DNA from: Nemertoderma westbladi
Lineage: Eukaryota > Animalia > Xenacoelomorpha
Assembly: GCA_032718475.1 (NCBI GenBank)
Contig: JAUCBJ010008050.1
Coordinates: 100,045 to 164,044 of the forward strand
Reading direction: 5' to 3'
Length of the DNA stretch: 64,000 nucleotides
Below, in pieces: positions 1 through 12,162 of this stretch. The notes under the pieces are model-generated. The model had not been told where the DNA came from. It saw nothing but the letters and a program-made list of their open reading frames with translations, and did no database searches. The translations under genes and the position numbers were made by a program. Position 1 is the stretch's first letter. Each line of letters starts with the position of its first letter.

Positions 1-1810
1 TCGGGAGGTAGAAGTTTGAAGCACTAGCTCTGGTACTGTAAGAGTGTGTATCGCGTACTCTGTTGAATTTTTGTTTTAGGTAATTGGGACATTTACCATT
101 ATACACTGTATGCACATGGTTAAGGCGTAGCTGCTTAACTCTAGGGGCCTACTATCTAAGTTAAGTAGTCCAGATTCAGAAAAGTCATCTGGAGTTAGGT
201 GGTGCCTAGGTTTGTAGTCTTTAATAAATCGTACTACTTTATTCTGAGCAACTTGTAATTTACATTTAAGCTGTTTGGTTAAGCCTTCATACCAAGAAGA
301 GCACATATAGTCCATGTGAGACTGTATTAAAGAAGAGCAAAGTAACTTGCGGTAACTTGCGGCAAAGTAACTATTTATATTTCTATATAGAAACCTAAGC
401 CTACTGTTAACTTTCAAGAAAATATTTTTCACTGTACTTTCTCTTGATAAGCAGTTATCCAATGTGACGCCTTTATATTTAACTTCCTGTTTATTTTCAA
501 TCTTATGTCCATTGCTAGTGACTTCAAACTTAGTTACCTTCTTTAACTTCCTTTTGGAACCAAACAAAATACTTTCAGTCTTACCGTAGTGAATGGATAG
601 CTTATTATCAACCAACCACTCATTAACAGGATTCTAGAACTGCACTTAACTATTGGGAAATGTGGATAGGATCTTTATGAGAGAAAATAAGAGCACTGTC
701 GTCGGCATATAAAATGAGTTTAATATCGGGATCTATACTACTTATCATATCATTTACATAGCATACAAAAAGCAGAGGACCTAATATACTACCTGGCGGT
801 ACACCACAGGTAATCTCTTGTACAGTAGACTGTGATTTGCTAATGACTACAGTTTGACCTCTGTCTGACAGGTAGGACTTGAACCAGTCTATAGAACCTA
901 CACCCATCAGGCCTAACTTACCAAGCAGAATTTCATGATCTACAATATCGAACGCCTTTTGTAGGTCCAACATTACCATACCAGTATATAAACCCTTTGC
1001 GTTATTACATCTAATTGTATCAGTTAACTTAATAAGGCAGGTGTCTGTAGAATATGATTTACGAAAACCGGACTGAAGTTCATAGATCAGATTTAGCCTA
1101 CTAAGATGTGCCTTCAGCTGTAGATAAACAGAACGTTCTAGAATTTTAGATACAATACTTAAGATACTAACAGGTCTGTAATTACAGGGTTCTACTTTAC
1201 TATTCTTTTTATACAGAGGAACAACCTTAGCTAATTTCAGTTCGTCTGGTACTACATTATCTGGTACTACAGAAAACGGGCAGGTATTAGGTCTAAACCG
1301 GTACTTTTTGAGGCTGATAGGCTAAGTAGATTTTGAAAAACGAAATCCTCAGAAACGGGTTTTAAAAATAACTTTTCTGAATTTTGTAACTTTTCTAAAT
1401 AAAAATTATTTAGAGTTTCGGACCCTATACTATATTTAATACTTGATAACGGTAACTTCTTAACTAAATTAGAGGCAACCTTAGTAAAATAATTATTAAA
1501 TAAATTACTAACTAGAGTATGATCATGAATCAGCTCACCGTTATCTTGCAGAACAATATTCGATTTAGATTTAAGGTTTTTATAACCTAAATATTTTAGG
1601 GTAGACCATAGACTTTTAGGATTATCTTTATTCTCACTTATTTTGTTGTACAAATATTCAGATTTAGCTTTTTTTATTTCCCGTTGGACAAGGTTTCTAT
1701 ATTTGCAGTAATTATTATAATCATCTAAAACACGGTATTTCCTAAATTCATACAAATAGTTATCTCTTTCTCTGATATTACTAAGAATACCCGAGGTCAT
1801 CCAGGGTATA
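1..1810 (-). mobile_element. Degenerate 5'-truncated L2/CR1-type LINE (reverse transcriptase and C-terminal region), in an intron of the TSP1 gene
   Basis: Minus-strand ORF pieces 1267-1800, 650-979 and 76-615 and the sequence between them give [57 protein letters not shown] and YKGVTLD, interrupted by stops/frameshifts. Confidence 0.9.
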
Positions 1811-1853
1811 AATGTTCTGATTATATTTTACATTTCTCAACAATTTTCCCTAC

Positions 1854-2045
1854 CTTTCTCGCATTTGTTATCATCCTCTATTAAACATCGCTTAGACTCA
1901 GAGAGTAACTCATGATGACAGAATCCACCATTGACTGCTCCAACTAGGACATCCCGAGTGCGATTGGAGTAACCAGAGCATGGGTTCATATCTGTTACAC
2001 AATCACTCCACCCCGTCCACGAACTCAGTACACAGTCAAGAGGTT
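1854..2045 (-). CDS. TSP1 exon 7 of the secreted TSP1-repeat gene
   Basis: 192-nt phase 1-1 exon, PLDCVLSSWTGWSDCVTDMNPCSGYSNRTRDVLVGAVNGGFC; tag acceptor, gtaggg donor. Confidence 0.85.
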
Positions 2046-5000
2046 CTATTCAAAAAAGAAACATAATGTATTTATTAGTTATAAATATACCTTAAGATTA
2101 GGATTTAATATATATATTTTTTTTTATTAGAGATATTAAATTAGAACTAAATGATATAATAACAACAAACCAACGCTATGTGAATGAATATAATAAATGG
2201 TTAAAAGATGGGAAACGGAGGGAAAGAAAATCACGCCTGTGTGTGATTATATTTATCATATAATTTGCAATAATAATTTTATTATTTTACAACCCACAAA
2301 AATTAATTTACCTGGTAAACATGGGACGTCGTTGCACACTTCAGTTTGCTCTATACAAGGTGAACAAGGAACACCAAGCGGGTTGAGTTTGATGTCTCGT
2401 TTCATTTCGATTGTTCCACCACCACACATTTTGGTACATTCTCCTTGGTATTGCCATCTTTCATGGTAATCACATTCTGCATGAATGAATGAAAGATTAA
2501 AATGCTTATAAAAGCAATTCCGATTTCAATTAAAATTATACAATTTATTTTTGTACTGGCGATAGCGAAATCTGAAGAGAGTTTTGTGCCATCAATGCAA
2601 CCTAATGGATGAGGTGCACATGTATATAAAAGTTTCACAGAAATGTATACATACACTTCACAAATTCTTGTGTAATGCACGGTTTGGTGTCCAGATTACT
2701 CACCACATGCTTGTACATTGCACATCGAATACGCAAATGAAAGGCATGGGCAGCCTTAAATAGGTTTTCTAGGATTTGGAAGTCACATAGAATGAATCGG
2801 AAACTTAAGGTCCGATTATTTAGAGCAGCAGTAGTTCCAGTACTCCTCTATGGGAGTCCATTCTGGGCTCTAACTGTTGAGGACACCAAATCTCTGGATG
2901 GCACATTCAGAAGAATGCTACGCCGGCTTCACTGTGTCAAGTACAATGCACACATCTCTAACCAGACACTAGTTAACATTGGAGGTGTCTCATTGGTTCC
3001 CCGAAGCTTGACACTACAACAAAGCTGCCTCCGCTTTGCAGGACATTGCTTTTGCCATGAGGACCAACCAGTGCATACTATTGTGCTTTGGCAGCCTCAT
3101 GGAGTGAATAAGCATGGTGGACAGCCCATGACTTTCTTGAGACGCATCTTAAAGGACACTGGCCTTGAAGATGCGGACGATCTAGCAAATGTCTTGATTT
3201 TAGATGCGTCTCAAGAAAGTCATGGGCTGTCCACCATGCTTATTCACTCCAAGAGGCTGCCAAAGTACAAGATTATGCACTGGCTGGTCCTCACGGCGAA
3301 AGCAACGTCCTGCAAAGCGGAGGCGATTTTGTTCTAGTGTCAAGCTTGGGGGAACCAATGAGACACCTCCAATGTTATATAGTGTCTGGTTGGAGATGTG
3401 TGCATTGTACTTGACACAATGAACCCGGCGTAGCATTCTTGTGAATGTGCCATCCAAAGATTTGGTGTCATCAGCAGTTAGAGCCCAGCATGGACTCCCA
3501 TAGATGAGTACTGTAACTACTGCTGCTCTAAATAATCGGACCTTAAGTTTCCGATTAAGTCTCGGTGAGATAATGGGTGATAGTCTTTGTCAACAAGCCG
3601 GGACAGCATTCGTAAAAATGCAGCTGCAATGCAGCATGCCGATCCTAATAGTAGTACATTGCACAGTATGGTGTAGAGAATACTCACCACATGCTTGTGT
3701 ATTGCACGGTATGGTGTCTAGTAGATGGACTTTATCACAAGGATGACCACCGTAGTCCGCCTGATGTGTGACATAACGTTCCACTGTCTGGACACCGGTT
3801 CCACATGGTAGACTGCAACCGGTTACCTCATACCAACCAGTGAGACCGCAATCAACTAAATATTAAAATGCAAAGTAATATTTAATTTAGTGAAGTATTT
3901 TCCATGTAATTTAATTCGGTGAAACAAAAAGCTTTTTTAATTTAAGTTTTCTTAATATAATTTAAACAGTGGGTGCAGCTCGATGTAAGAGAGTATAAAT
4001 AAGTAATTTATAATTGTTTCTAAATATGAAAATTGAATCTGATCGCTTTATCATTGGGTAAATACGTTTTTCATAATGAATGGTAACAAGTTTCTTAATA
4101 ATTTACCATTAAACAACATTTAAATAATATAACTAATGTAGTACCTTATGCCTAGGAGTGGAATACTACGGTAGTGCAGTAATATTCAGCTGTTCATGCA
4201 GTCACCAGGGATGGCACGAGCTCGGGCGAGGGAAATATCGTATGTCGAGTATGGTGTGGTCCCCCAGTCACAGCCATGGGTCCCCCAGTCACGGGTCCTC
4301 CAGTCACAGCCATTGGTCCCCCAGTCACAGTCATGGGTCCCCCAGCCACAACCACGGGTCCTCCAGTCACAACCACTGGTCCCCCAGTCACAGCCATGGG
4401 TCCCCCAGTCACAGCCCATGGTCCCCCAGTCACAACCACAGGCCTCCCAGTCACAACCACGGGTCACCCAGTTACAGTCATGGGTCCCCCAGTCACAACC
4501 ACGGGTCCCCTGTCACGGTTCTTCCAGTCACAGCAATGGGTCCCCCAGTCACAGTCAAGGGTCCCCCATTTACAGTCATGGGTCCCCCTGTCACCAACAC
4601 GGTCGTGGTTCCCCCTGTCACGGGTCACCCAGTTACAACCACGGGTCCCCCAGTCACGGGACCCCCAGTCACCCATCCCCCAGTCACGGGTCCCCCAGTT
4701 ACAACCACGGGTCCCCCAGTCACGGGACCCCCAGTCACGGTTCCCCCAGTCACTGTCACAACTCCATCCATCCCAGCCATGGTGTCCCCAGGGATGGGTA
4801 TTAAATTTATGGCCCATAAAGACAAACACCCTCGGGTCAGGAAATGAGAGAGGGTGAGTTCATCAATTCACTCGGGTTCTCAAGCGCATCAATTGGGTCC
4901 TCTCTGCCAGTCTGGTCCCCAAGCCCCAATGAATCACTCCAAGGCACATCTAGTTACATGGGGAAGCATACAGTCATCCTTTGAGGAGCTTAAAGCAACC

Positions 5001-8000
5001 ATTAACCGGATCTATGACATTGTGGTTCACTGGCACTCAAACCGGGTTCTTGGTTCCTCTGGGGGCTGTGGGTCGCGATTTCATCGCCGGTTTGTCACAC
5101 TTCATAGAACTAGTGACTACTAGCAGTGTTCTGCAACAGATAGCACTTATAGAAATGATGGTAGCTCCAGCTCTGCTCCTACAGAAACAGAGTCGTTTAT
5201 CGACTATTGCAACCCACCGACGGATTCTAGAAAGGCGGCTTATTATTTGGAAGCAAGGAGACTTCGATGAGCTCCTAGTTGAGGCCTGAGCCATCCAGTT
5301 CCACCTTCCCAAGCAACGTTTCCGTTTAGGGTCCAAGAACACTGCTATTCAAAAAACTTTTGTGCGGCACATGCTGACAGGTAACATTTCAGCAGCAACG
5401 AGATGCCTGAGTTAATTAAACCATGGGAAACCGTTGAAGTTGGACTATTCATTCACCAATAAAGATGGGAATACCAAGGTGGTACAAGATGTACTTCGGG
5501 AGAAAAATCCGGCTGCTAAACCCACCAATGAGTCTATCCTCTTAAGAGAGTTTGAGGGAGCCCCAGATTCCCATAGCATCATATTTGAGCGCCTAAATGG
5601 ACAACTCATCCTGTTCAGTCTCTTCAGGATGCGAGGAAATGCAGCGGGACCTTCAGGGCTGGAGATTCAGGGATGGAAGCAATTTACTGATGAAATTCCG
5701 GAACTGGTCATCGGAACTTTGTGACAGAATCACTGATCTAGGGAAGCTTATTTCGCAGAAAGTCCTCCCTTCTGGAATTCGCACCTTGTTCCTGTCAGCC
5801 TGACTTCTAGCACTGGACAAGAACCCAGGTGTTCTTTGCTGGGTGGTTGGCAAGGCGGCAATGTCCTGTATACGGGAGTACCTCCAGGAGGCTGGTGGAT
5901 CCGTGCAGATGTGTCTGGGTCAGAAAGCTGGCATCTAGTCTGCCATTCACTCCTTGAATGATGCTTTTGAATCTGCAGATAGCAAAGCTGTCCTTCAGAT
6001 AGATGCGACCAATGCATTTAACTCTCTAAACCACCAAGCCTGCTCTCCACACCATAGTGGTAAACTGTTACAACCAGCCATCATATTTATTTGTTGGTGG
6101 GGAGAGTCTGCTATCAGAGGAAGGATCAACACAGGGAGAACCAGTGGCAATGCCGATGTTTGGATGTTGTCTAGTACCACTGCTTGTTGAGGTAGCCCAT
6201 GCATGTACTGTCATACAGAAGTGGTTCGCTGATGACGGAAACGCAAGGGGAAAACTCAAGGAACCCCGCAGGTTCTGGGATATCGTATCAGAGAGGGTGC
6301 CACTTTATTACCCAACCAACATAGGGTATTACCCAACCAAGTATTTCCTTACAATGAAGCTGGAGAAGTTGGAGGAGGCAATAACCATGTTTGCAGGAAC
6401 CGGAATGGCTGTGAACACAGTCGGCAACAAACTTATTGGAAGTTAATAAAGTTATCGGAACCGAATGTTTCCATCGTGACTTTATCAACCAGAAAGTGGA
6501 AAAGTTTGCCTCTGATGTGGTCCACCTCTCCCTTATTGCTGCAGTTGATCCCCATTGTACCTACGCCGGTCTCACTTTTGGACTGTCCTGTTGGTGGAGG
6601 TTTGTTGCGTGTGTGATGCCAGAAGTGATGGAGCAGTTTGGCAAGTTGGAGGATTCAGTGGAACGGTGTCTCTGCCAATTATTTGACAGACCATCAGTGA
6701 CACCTGAGGAGTGCCAGGTGATATATCTTCCAGTCCAAGAAGGAGGGTTAGGGATTCCCACCCCAGTTGATCTACAGCCCCAATACGAGAACTCTCGGAT
6801 GATCTGTGAGCCATTCAACTCCTTGGAGGGTGAGCTGATGGCAGTAGTAAGGGAGGAGCAGATGCACCTCGCCAAGCTAGTAACAGCATCCTCCTTCAGT
6901 GTAGCAAAATTGAAGAAGGAGGATGTGCTCGACTCTTTAACGCAAGACCAGTTAAAGCTGCATACATTAACCACAGAGAAATGTGCATCAGCCTAGCTAA
7001 ATGCTAAACCCCTAACTCTGCACGACACTCACCTTTCCAAGGAGGAGTTCAGGAACGCGGTGTGTCTTCATTACGGTTGGACGACGAGAAATCTACAATC
7101 CATTTCGCCAACCCATTTTCTGTCGTGTCCCACTGGAGGGTTCCCCTCCATAAGACACAACGAGATACGAGATTTCGTTGCCACCTCCCTGACTGAGGAG
7201 GTGCGCAACGTGGCTGTTGAGCCCATGCTCCTGCCACTAACCAGGGAGTCTTTCCCCCTTCGGTCCACCTCGACAGATCAGCAGGCAAGACTCGATGTGT
7301 TGGTGAGTGGATTCTGGGGCAACTGCTTCCAGAAGATGTTCATCGATGTGTTGGTGTTTAACCTGCTGGCTGGGTCAAATGCCACTATGACGCTGGAGAC
7401 ACACCACCTCTATCATGAGGGATGGAAGATCCGAAAGTACGAGGAGAGGATTCGTGAGGTGTAACACTCCACTTTCACCCCTCTGATTTTCAGTGGAATG
7501 GTGCCGACTCGACTGCTCACCAGTTCATTAAACGTCTGGCATCAAAACTGGCAGAGAAGTGGATGGTCCCCTACTCTGAGTCGGTCTCCTGGGTGCAATG
7601 ACGCATCAACTTTTCATTGCTGAGATCGTCCCTGATGTGTTTCCGTGGGTTCCAGTCAGCTACCAGATGACCAGTGAGGGTGGCAGTTGATGACGCATCT
7701 ATCGTGTTGGCGAACTGCAGACATGTTTGCATGAGGGACTATTGCTGCTGTACTGTAGAATTAATTAAACTATCATATGCACTGTGGTAAATAGCCAGCA
7801 GGTTATAAATTTGTGTTTATATGGTTGCTAGTTGAGAGGTTTTGTCAGCTGGTGGCGGGTTTTATTTAAAATACTCTTAGTTCAAATTCTTTTGAGCAAC
7901 AAAAAAGTACATATTTAAGAATAAAATTACGTAATACATTTAAACAACCAGTGGGAAGTGAAGTAATTTGTAGAAATATAACAAACTACTAATTACATGC

Positions 8001-10017
8001 AGTTGAACTGTATACAATTAACCACGAATTTATCGAGTTGGACTTACACTACAATAAGATGATTTTCCAAATTACAAATTATAGTCTATCAAAATACCTG
8101 GGCAGTAGTGCTCATTGCAGGATTGTGTGGAAGTGGTATCATCACAGGTAATCCCGCCAAGGTTTTCTATGACAGTCCTGGTAAATTGCTGAACTCCCCC
8201 ACCACATGACGTGCTGCACTCTGTCTGTGGTGTATATTCGCTGTACACGCAAGCTAAGTGATTAAATAATTACATCATCACGATCATCACGGACTCCAAC
8301 TTAAGAAATACATGTCACAAAAGTAAACTACTAAGTAAGCTACTTATCACAAAGTGATATAAACACTTAATGTATTCTAGAAAATGGCCCTAATTCTAGA
8401 CTACATTATAATAATCTAACTTAGGCCTACTAAAAAAGTCTACAATACTTACGTATTTCGCATGCCAGATTGCTAACAGTCTCACTATGTATGAGCTGAC
8501 CCGGACCAGCTGTACCTCCCAACAACAGCCTCTTTATGGGCAGCAAACTCTTATCTTCCACGACAACAATCTCCGTACACACATCCGGACTCTCATGGCA
8601 GACCGCTTGTCCATTCTTGTAGGAGAAGAAGTCATGCGATTGGCCCAGATTGTCTTCCCAACAGACATCATTGCTGGATACTTCTTTGCTAAGCAAAGTG
8701 ATGGTCTGTGTACAGCTGTCAGCTGCATCCACCAAGTCCTGCATCATTCTATAAGCACATTTTTTGTAATAAATATGTAGGCCACTACAGTCATTATTTT
8801 ATCAATTAAATATCATTATAATATTTAATTATAACAAATAGTAACCATAAATACTATTATATTATTAACTTATAGTTATTATAACCAATAAATTTTCATC
8901 ACTGTTTAAAAGATACATGAGCCATCATGCAGAACACGACCATTATTGAACATGAGCCTACCAACCAGTCAGGAAATCATCAGCTGGTGATTCCACCATT
9001 TCCCTGGAAGTTGATTGGCTATTACTTTCAGTGCGAAGTTTAATTTTATACAATGCCAGAGCAGATTTTCTACCATCTGCGGTATTGGTGACAGCAATCT
9101 GCTCAATGACTAACTCCCATTGAGATCGAGTTCTATAAATTCAAGCTGACGATTATGATGCCATCTTGCTGCTGCTATATAGTAGTTACACGTTTCCAGA
9201 ACCTATAAACCTGTGGGATTCAGCAAGTAGCTTCATACTTACTGGTCATTATGCGGATATGTTACATCTATGGCATATTGGCAGGGGGCAATGTTTCCCT
9301 GCACTTCTTCGCTGGTGAATGTGGCGGTAATTGTAGTTAGCTCACCAAAAGAGCGGTAGACTAACTCAACTGCAATAAAACCATTAATAATTAAAATCAA
9401 AAGAATACATTAACAATTAATTTCGATAGATAATATTGATAAGAAGTCAGAATTGGAATCAATGACATAGAATTTCGGAAAAAAAATTATTCAATTATTT
9501 TATGTATTTAATTGTCAATAGACAAACCACCATACAGGTTGGAGTGTATAAAGACAGAAAAATAAAAAATAAACCACTGAATGACATAAATATGTAATAT
9601 TAGACATTCTGCACTTGCGTATTGAATTTTGAACTTGAAGGCATTTTCAGCACGCGATTCGCTTGTGCTAAAAAAACAGCCAAATAGGCAAAAATCAAGG
9701 ATAATTGAATTTCGGTCAATTAAAATTAGTGTCAAAAAGTGTTTATTGGATAATTTTTTTAATTGAAAAATATTACTTTACTTAGTTCTTACAAATAATT
9801 AAATACTGCAAATATTTAATGATAATGATATTATTAACAAACAATAGATAGAATATTAATATTAGAATATTAAAAGTAGTATTGATAACTAGTATATATA
9901 ACAATCATAATATTAAATTATTATTAATACTTTAATGATATTAGCCGATTTTATAAATTTAATTCGCTCACCAATTATAATACAGGCACAAAGCAATCGT
10001 TGTCCTTTTATCCCCAT
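1854..10017 (-). CDS. Spliced gene for a secreted protein: signal peptide + CASPR/neurexin-IV-type fibrinogen/COLFI-like domain + at least 4 TSP1 repeats; 3' end lies outside the window
   Basis: Exons 9972-10017, 9243-9369, 8453-8748, 8098-8253, 3688-3855, 2312-2476 and 1854-2045 all have AG/GT boundaries and join in frame (intron phases 1,2,1,1,1,1). Translation: MGIKGQRLLCACIIIVELVYRSFG...YPHNDQMMQDLVDAADSCTQTI...KSLLPIKRLLLGG...NLACEIPCVYSEY..CSTSCGGG..HYCPVDCGLTGW..CSLPCGTG..CTKMCGGG..DCVLSSWTGWSDC. Confidence 0.85.
2312..2476 (-). CDS. TSP1 exon 6
   Basis: 165-nt phase 1-1 exon, CDYHERWQYQGECTKMCGGGTIEMKRDIKLNPLGVPCSPCIEQTEVCNDVPCLP; cag acceptor, gtaaat donor. Confidence 0.85.
2725..3653 (+). 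mobile_element. 5'-truncated RTE-like LINE with an internal inverted duplication, 12-bp TSD
   Basis: C-terminal RTE-type peptide (LKVRLFRAAVVPVLLYG..W..LRFAGHCF). TSD gtacattgcaca at 2713-2724 and 3654-3665; short tagta tail. Confidence 0.8.
2795..3557. repeat. Long inverted repeat (~355-bp arms, ~50-bp loop) from the RTE fragment
   Basis: ~2795-3150 is the reverse complement of ~3200-3557; ORFs 2792(+) and 3200-3457(-) encode near-identical peptides. Confidence 0.92.
3688..3855 (-). CDS. TSP1 exon 5 (spondin-type)
   Basis: 168-nt phase 1-1 exon, VDCGLTGWYEVTGCSLPCGTGVQTVERYVTHQADYGGHPC...PCNTQAC; gtgagt donor. Confidence 0.88.
4256..4758 (+). repeat. GC-rich minisatellite, core GGTCCCCCAGTCAC, mostly 15- and 21-nt units (GPPVT[xx] if translated)
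   Basis: Direct reading: more than 20 tandem copies with variable short linkers (g, agccatg, aaccacg). Confidence 0.95.
4900..7745 (+). mobile_element. Degenerate CRE-clade non-LTR retrotransposon (RT + restriction-like endonuclease)
   Basis: Fragmented ORFs with VVHW..N.FLVP.G..G..FI, PALLLQK, LERRL..W..GD, AAGPSG, IDATNAFNSL, EEGSTQGEP, WFADD, GGLG, and the RLE signature HFLSCPTGG..IRHNEIRD...RLDV...FIDV...HE..K..KY. Many stops and frameshifts; ends approximate. Confidence 0.85.
8098..8253 (-). CDS. TSP1 exon 4
   Basis: 156-nt phase 1-1 exon, CVYSEYTPQTECSTSCGGGVQQFTRTVIENLGGITCDDTTSTQSCNEHYCP. Confidence 0.88.
8453..8748 (-). CDS. Exon 3, CASPR/COLFI-like domain
   Basis: tag acceptor, gtaagt donor. 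QMMQDLVDAADSCTQTI...EDKSLLPIKRLLLGGTAGPG...VSNLAC resembles the CASPR/neurexin IV 'Q..ALI..S..C.Q...K..LPV.....GD......LGPL.C' region. Confidence 0.8.
9243..9369 (-). CDS. Exon 2 of the secreted TSP1-repeat gene
   Basis: cag acceptor, gtaagt donor, 127 nt phase 1-2; joins exon 3 in frame (CA|A = Gln). Confidence 0.8.
9972..10017 (-). CDS. First coding exon (signal peptide)
   Basis: ATG GGG ATA AAA... MGIKGQRLLCACIII then gtgagc donor in phase 1, matching exon 2. Confidence 0.72.
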
Positions 10018-12093
10018 GACAACGATTAAACAGCTTTGTCCTGAGGGTTATCCAGCGGTATTGATTAACAATCGTTGAATTTGATAGTTGTTAACAAACT
10101 TTTAGTAAAAAATTTAATTTTTAAAGCCTACATGTACAACATACAAACTATAGTTTATACCGTCAAAAATTAATTATTTTATGTTTCTTTTATACAATCA
10201 ATGATGATTATACAAAATCTGCAGATAATTTATTGACAGTGGAGGGATGATACGTAGTGGTTTTCGAAGTAGTTATCATTCGTTGATAAAATATTGATTG
10301 TAATAAGTAGTTCCCCATTATACCCAGATATGGAGAACTTTAAAATTTATACCTATCTAAGGGAAAATCGACTAAAATAACAGCTTATCCCAAAAATTAA
10401 CCTGTAACCTCTCTAACTGACTTTCGTTTAATATTTTGTTTATGATAATGTGCCTCTGTAACCTGCTCCTTTTCATTATTTGATAATTTAACATTGACAA
10501 GAGATATTTACTCTCTGAGATTTGATTTTCGTAGAGTTTCCCCCCACATGTTTTTCCCATCGCTATGGTAGTGGATGCAACAAATGTTATATAATAATTA
10601 ATTAGTTATAACTTTACAATTTGTTCTTGTAAGTCTTGTTATTAGTAAACGGGAGCAAGGAATGAAGGGGGATTAACATAACATGGTTGGAATGGAGAAA
10701 TATCGAATTACAGCAATGTTAACACGAGAAGGTCTTATATTGATTTTGCAAACATGTGCGAAACACACAGTTATTGTTATAACTAACTAACTGGATAACA
10801 TATTTTCCTTCATTGCCTTCAAACATTTAGAGCGAGCTTGTCAATTCATGAAGGTATATGGGAGATAGGTGGGGGGGGGGGGGGGATGGACGCAAAACCC
10901 GCCTTGGCGAATTCATATCCCGCCTCAATGTTAAATTCTCAATTTAGGGAAAGGAGCAGGTTACAGTGGCACGTTGTTTTAACCAAAACAATAAACTAAA
11001 CACAATAGCCTGGAAAGGGATGAATTTTTATTGCGTCCAGATTTGCCCCCTATCTGAAATATGGGGCCGTTATGGTTGAGAATGGGACATTCAAGTATTA
11101 ACTAATTCATTTCGTTATTATATTTTAATATAATTTTAATGTAACTCGAAAATAATTAATCCTTTTCTTATTATATTTCGCCCACTGTATAACATTATTA
11201 ACAGTGAAGGTAACACTAACTACTTGCATGATAACCACATAGAGTTAAAAAGAAGACTGGACTTCGTCGTGTTTATTACGAGTTTATTTGACGCAGTCCG
11301 TCACTTCGGTTAGATTTGGACTCACCGCCGTTGTTCTCGGGTTTACTTTTAATCCATGTTTATGTTCAACAGAGCATTCTTTTCGACTTGAATGCCATAC
11401 CGTTAAGACCGTAGACCGTACACATCGTAATGATAATGATGAAGTTTAATCGGAATCGTTCATCTGCTCAGATGAGTAGGCTAGTCTAGTACCGGTACAA
11501 AGCAGTGCAATCTGCTGAATTACTGGCTGAATTGTTATCAATTCTGGAATTTAAAAATTCCTCTCAGATTTACATAGCAAACGGATATATGTAGTTAATT
11601 ATGACGTTTAAATTTGAATTTTGGTTGAAAAAATATAGCGAACCACTGTTTTCTGCCTTATTCTGGGTAACTCTAGGAGTTTCCGTCCTTAAAACTAGGT
11701 GGTTCTATCTGGTGAGAAGTGTTTCTAGCTGCTTCCAGGTGTTTTCACGTTTTAGTAGGTACCCTGGGAAAAGAGGTTTGAAGAAGAGATAAAACTCACT
11801 TGATTGTCACTTCGTTTTATAATATAATTTTCAGTACCGGTATATGGTAGTAAGCACTGTACTGGACCAATGTTATGGTTTGTACAGTATTTGCAGCAGA
11901 TACGAAGCGCATCTCTCTCTCCACTGGGTACCAACTGAACCTCACTACTACTGGTGGTATTTGAGTTATTTGTGTTTTACTGGCACTGATTAACAGGTGT
12001 GAATCAATGCATGCATCAATAATGGCGCTCGAAGCATTTATATTTATTGCCTTTGTATTTTGTATTTTGGGTGCCAGCAAGAATTTCTTAATT

Positions 12094-12162
12094 CATTGGC
12101 TGCCAATATTCTCGCCAATATTTTACAATTGGCCTCCAGTCTTTCTCTAATGGGGGCGGGCG
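12094..12162. promoter_or_regulatory. Putative promoter (clustered CCAAT boxes + GC box), possibly of the minus-strand TSP1 gene
   Basis: attggc/gccaat four times and gggggcgggcg within 70 bp; minus-strand gtgagt donor-like sites near 11795 and 11322 could mark 5' UTR exons. Confidence 0.35.

Noticed and set aside
4256-4758. CRISPR-like array, or His/Ser-rich and Gln-rich proteins from ORFs 4158, 4196 and 4186
   Set aside because: Linkers are 1-8 nt and recurrent, not unique spacers; the context is eukaryotic with no cas genes; the ORFs in all frames are by-products of a stop-free repeat.
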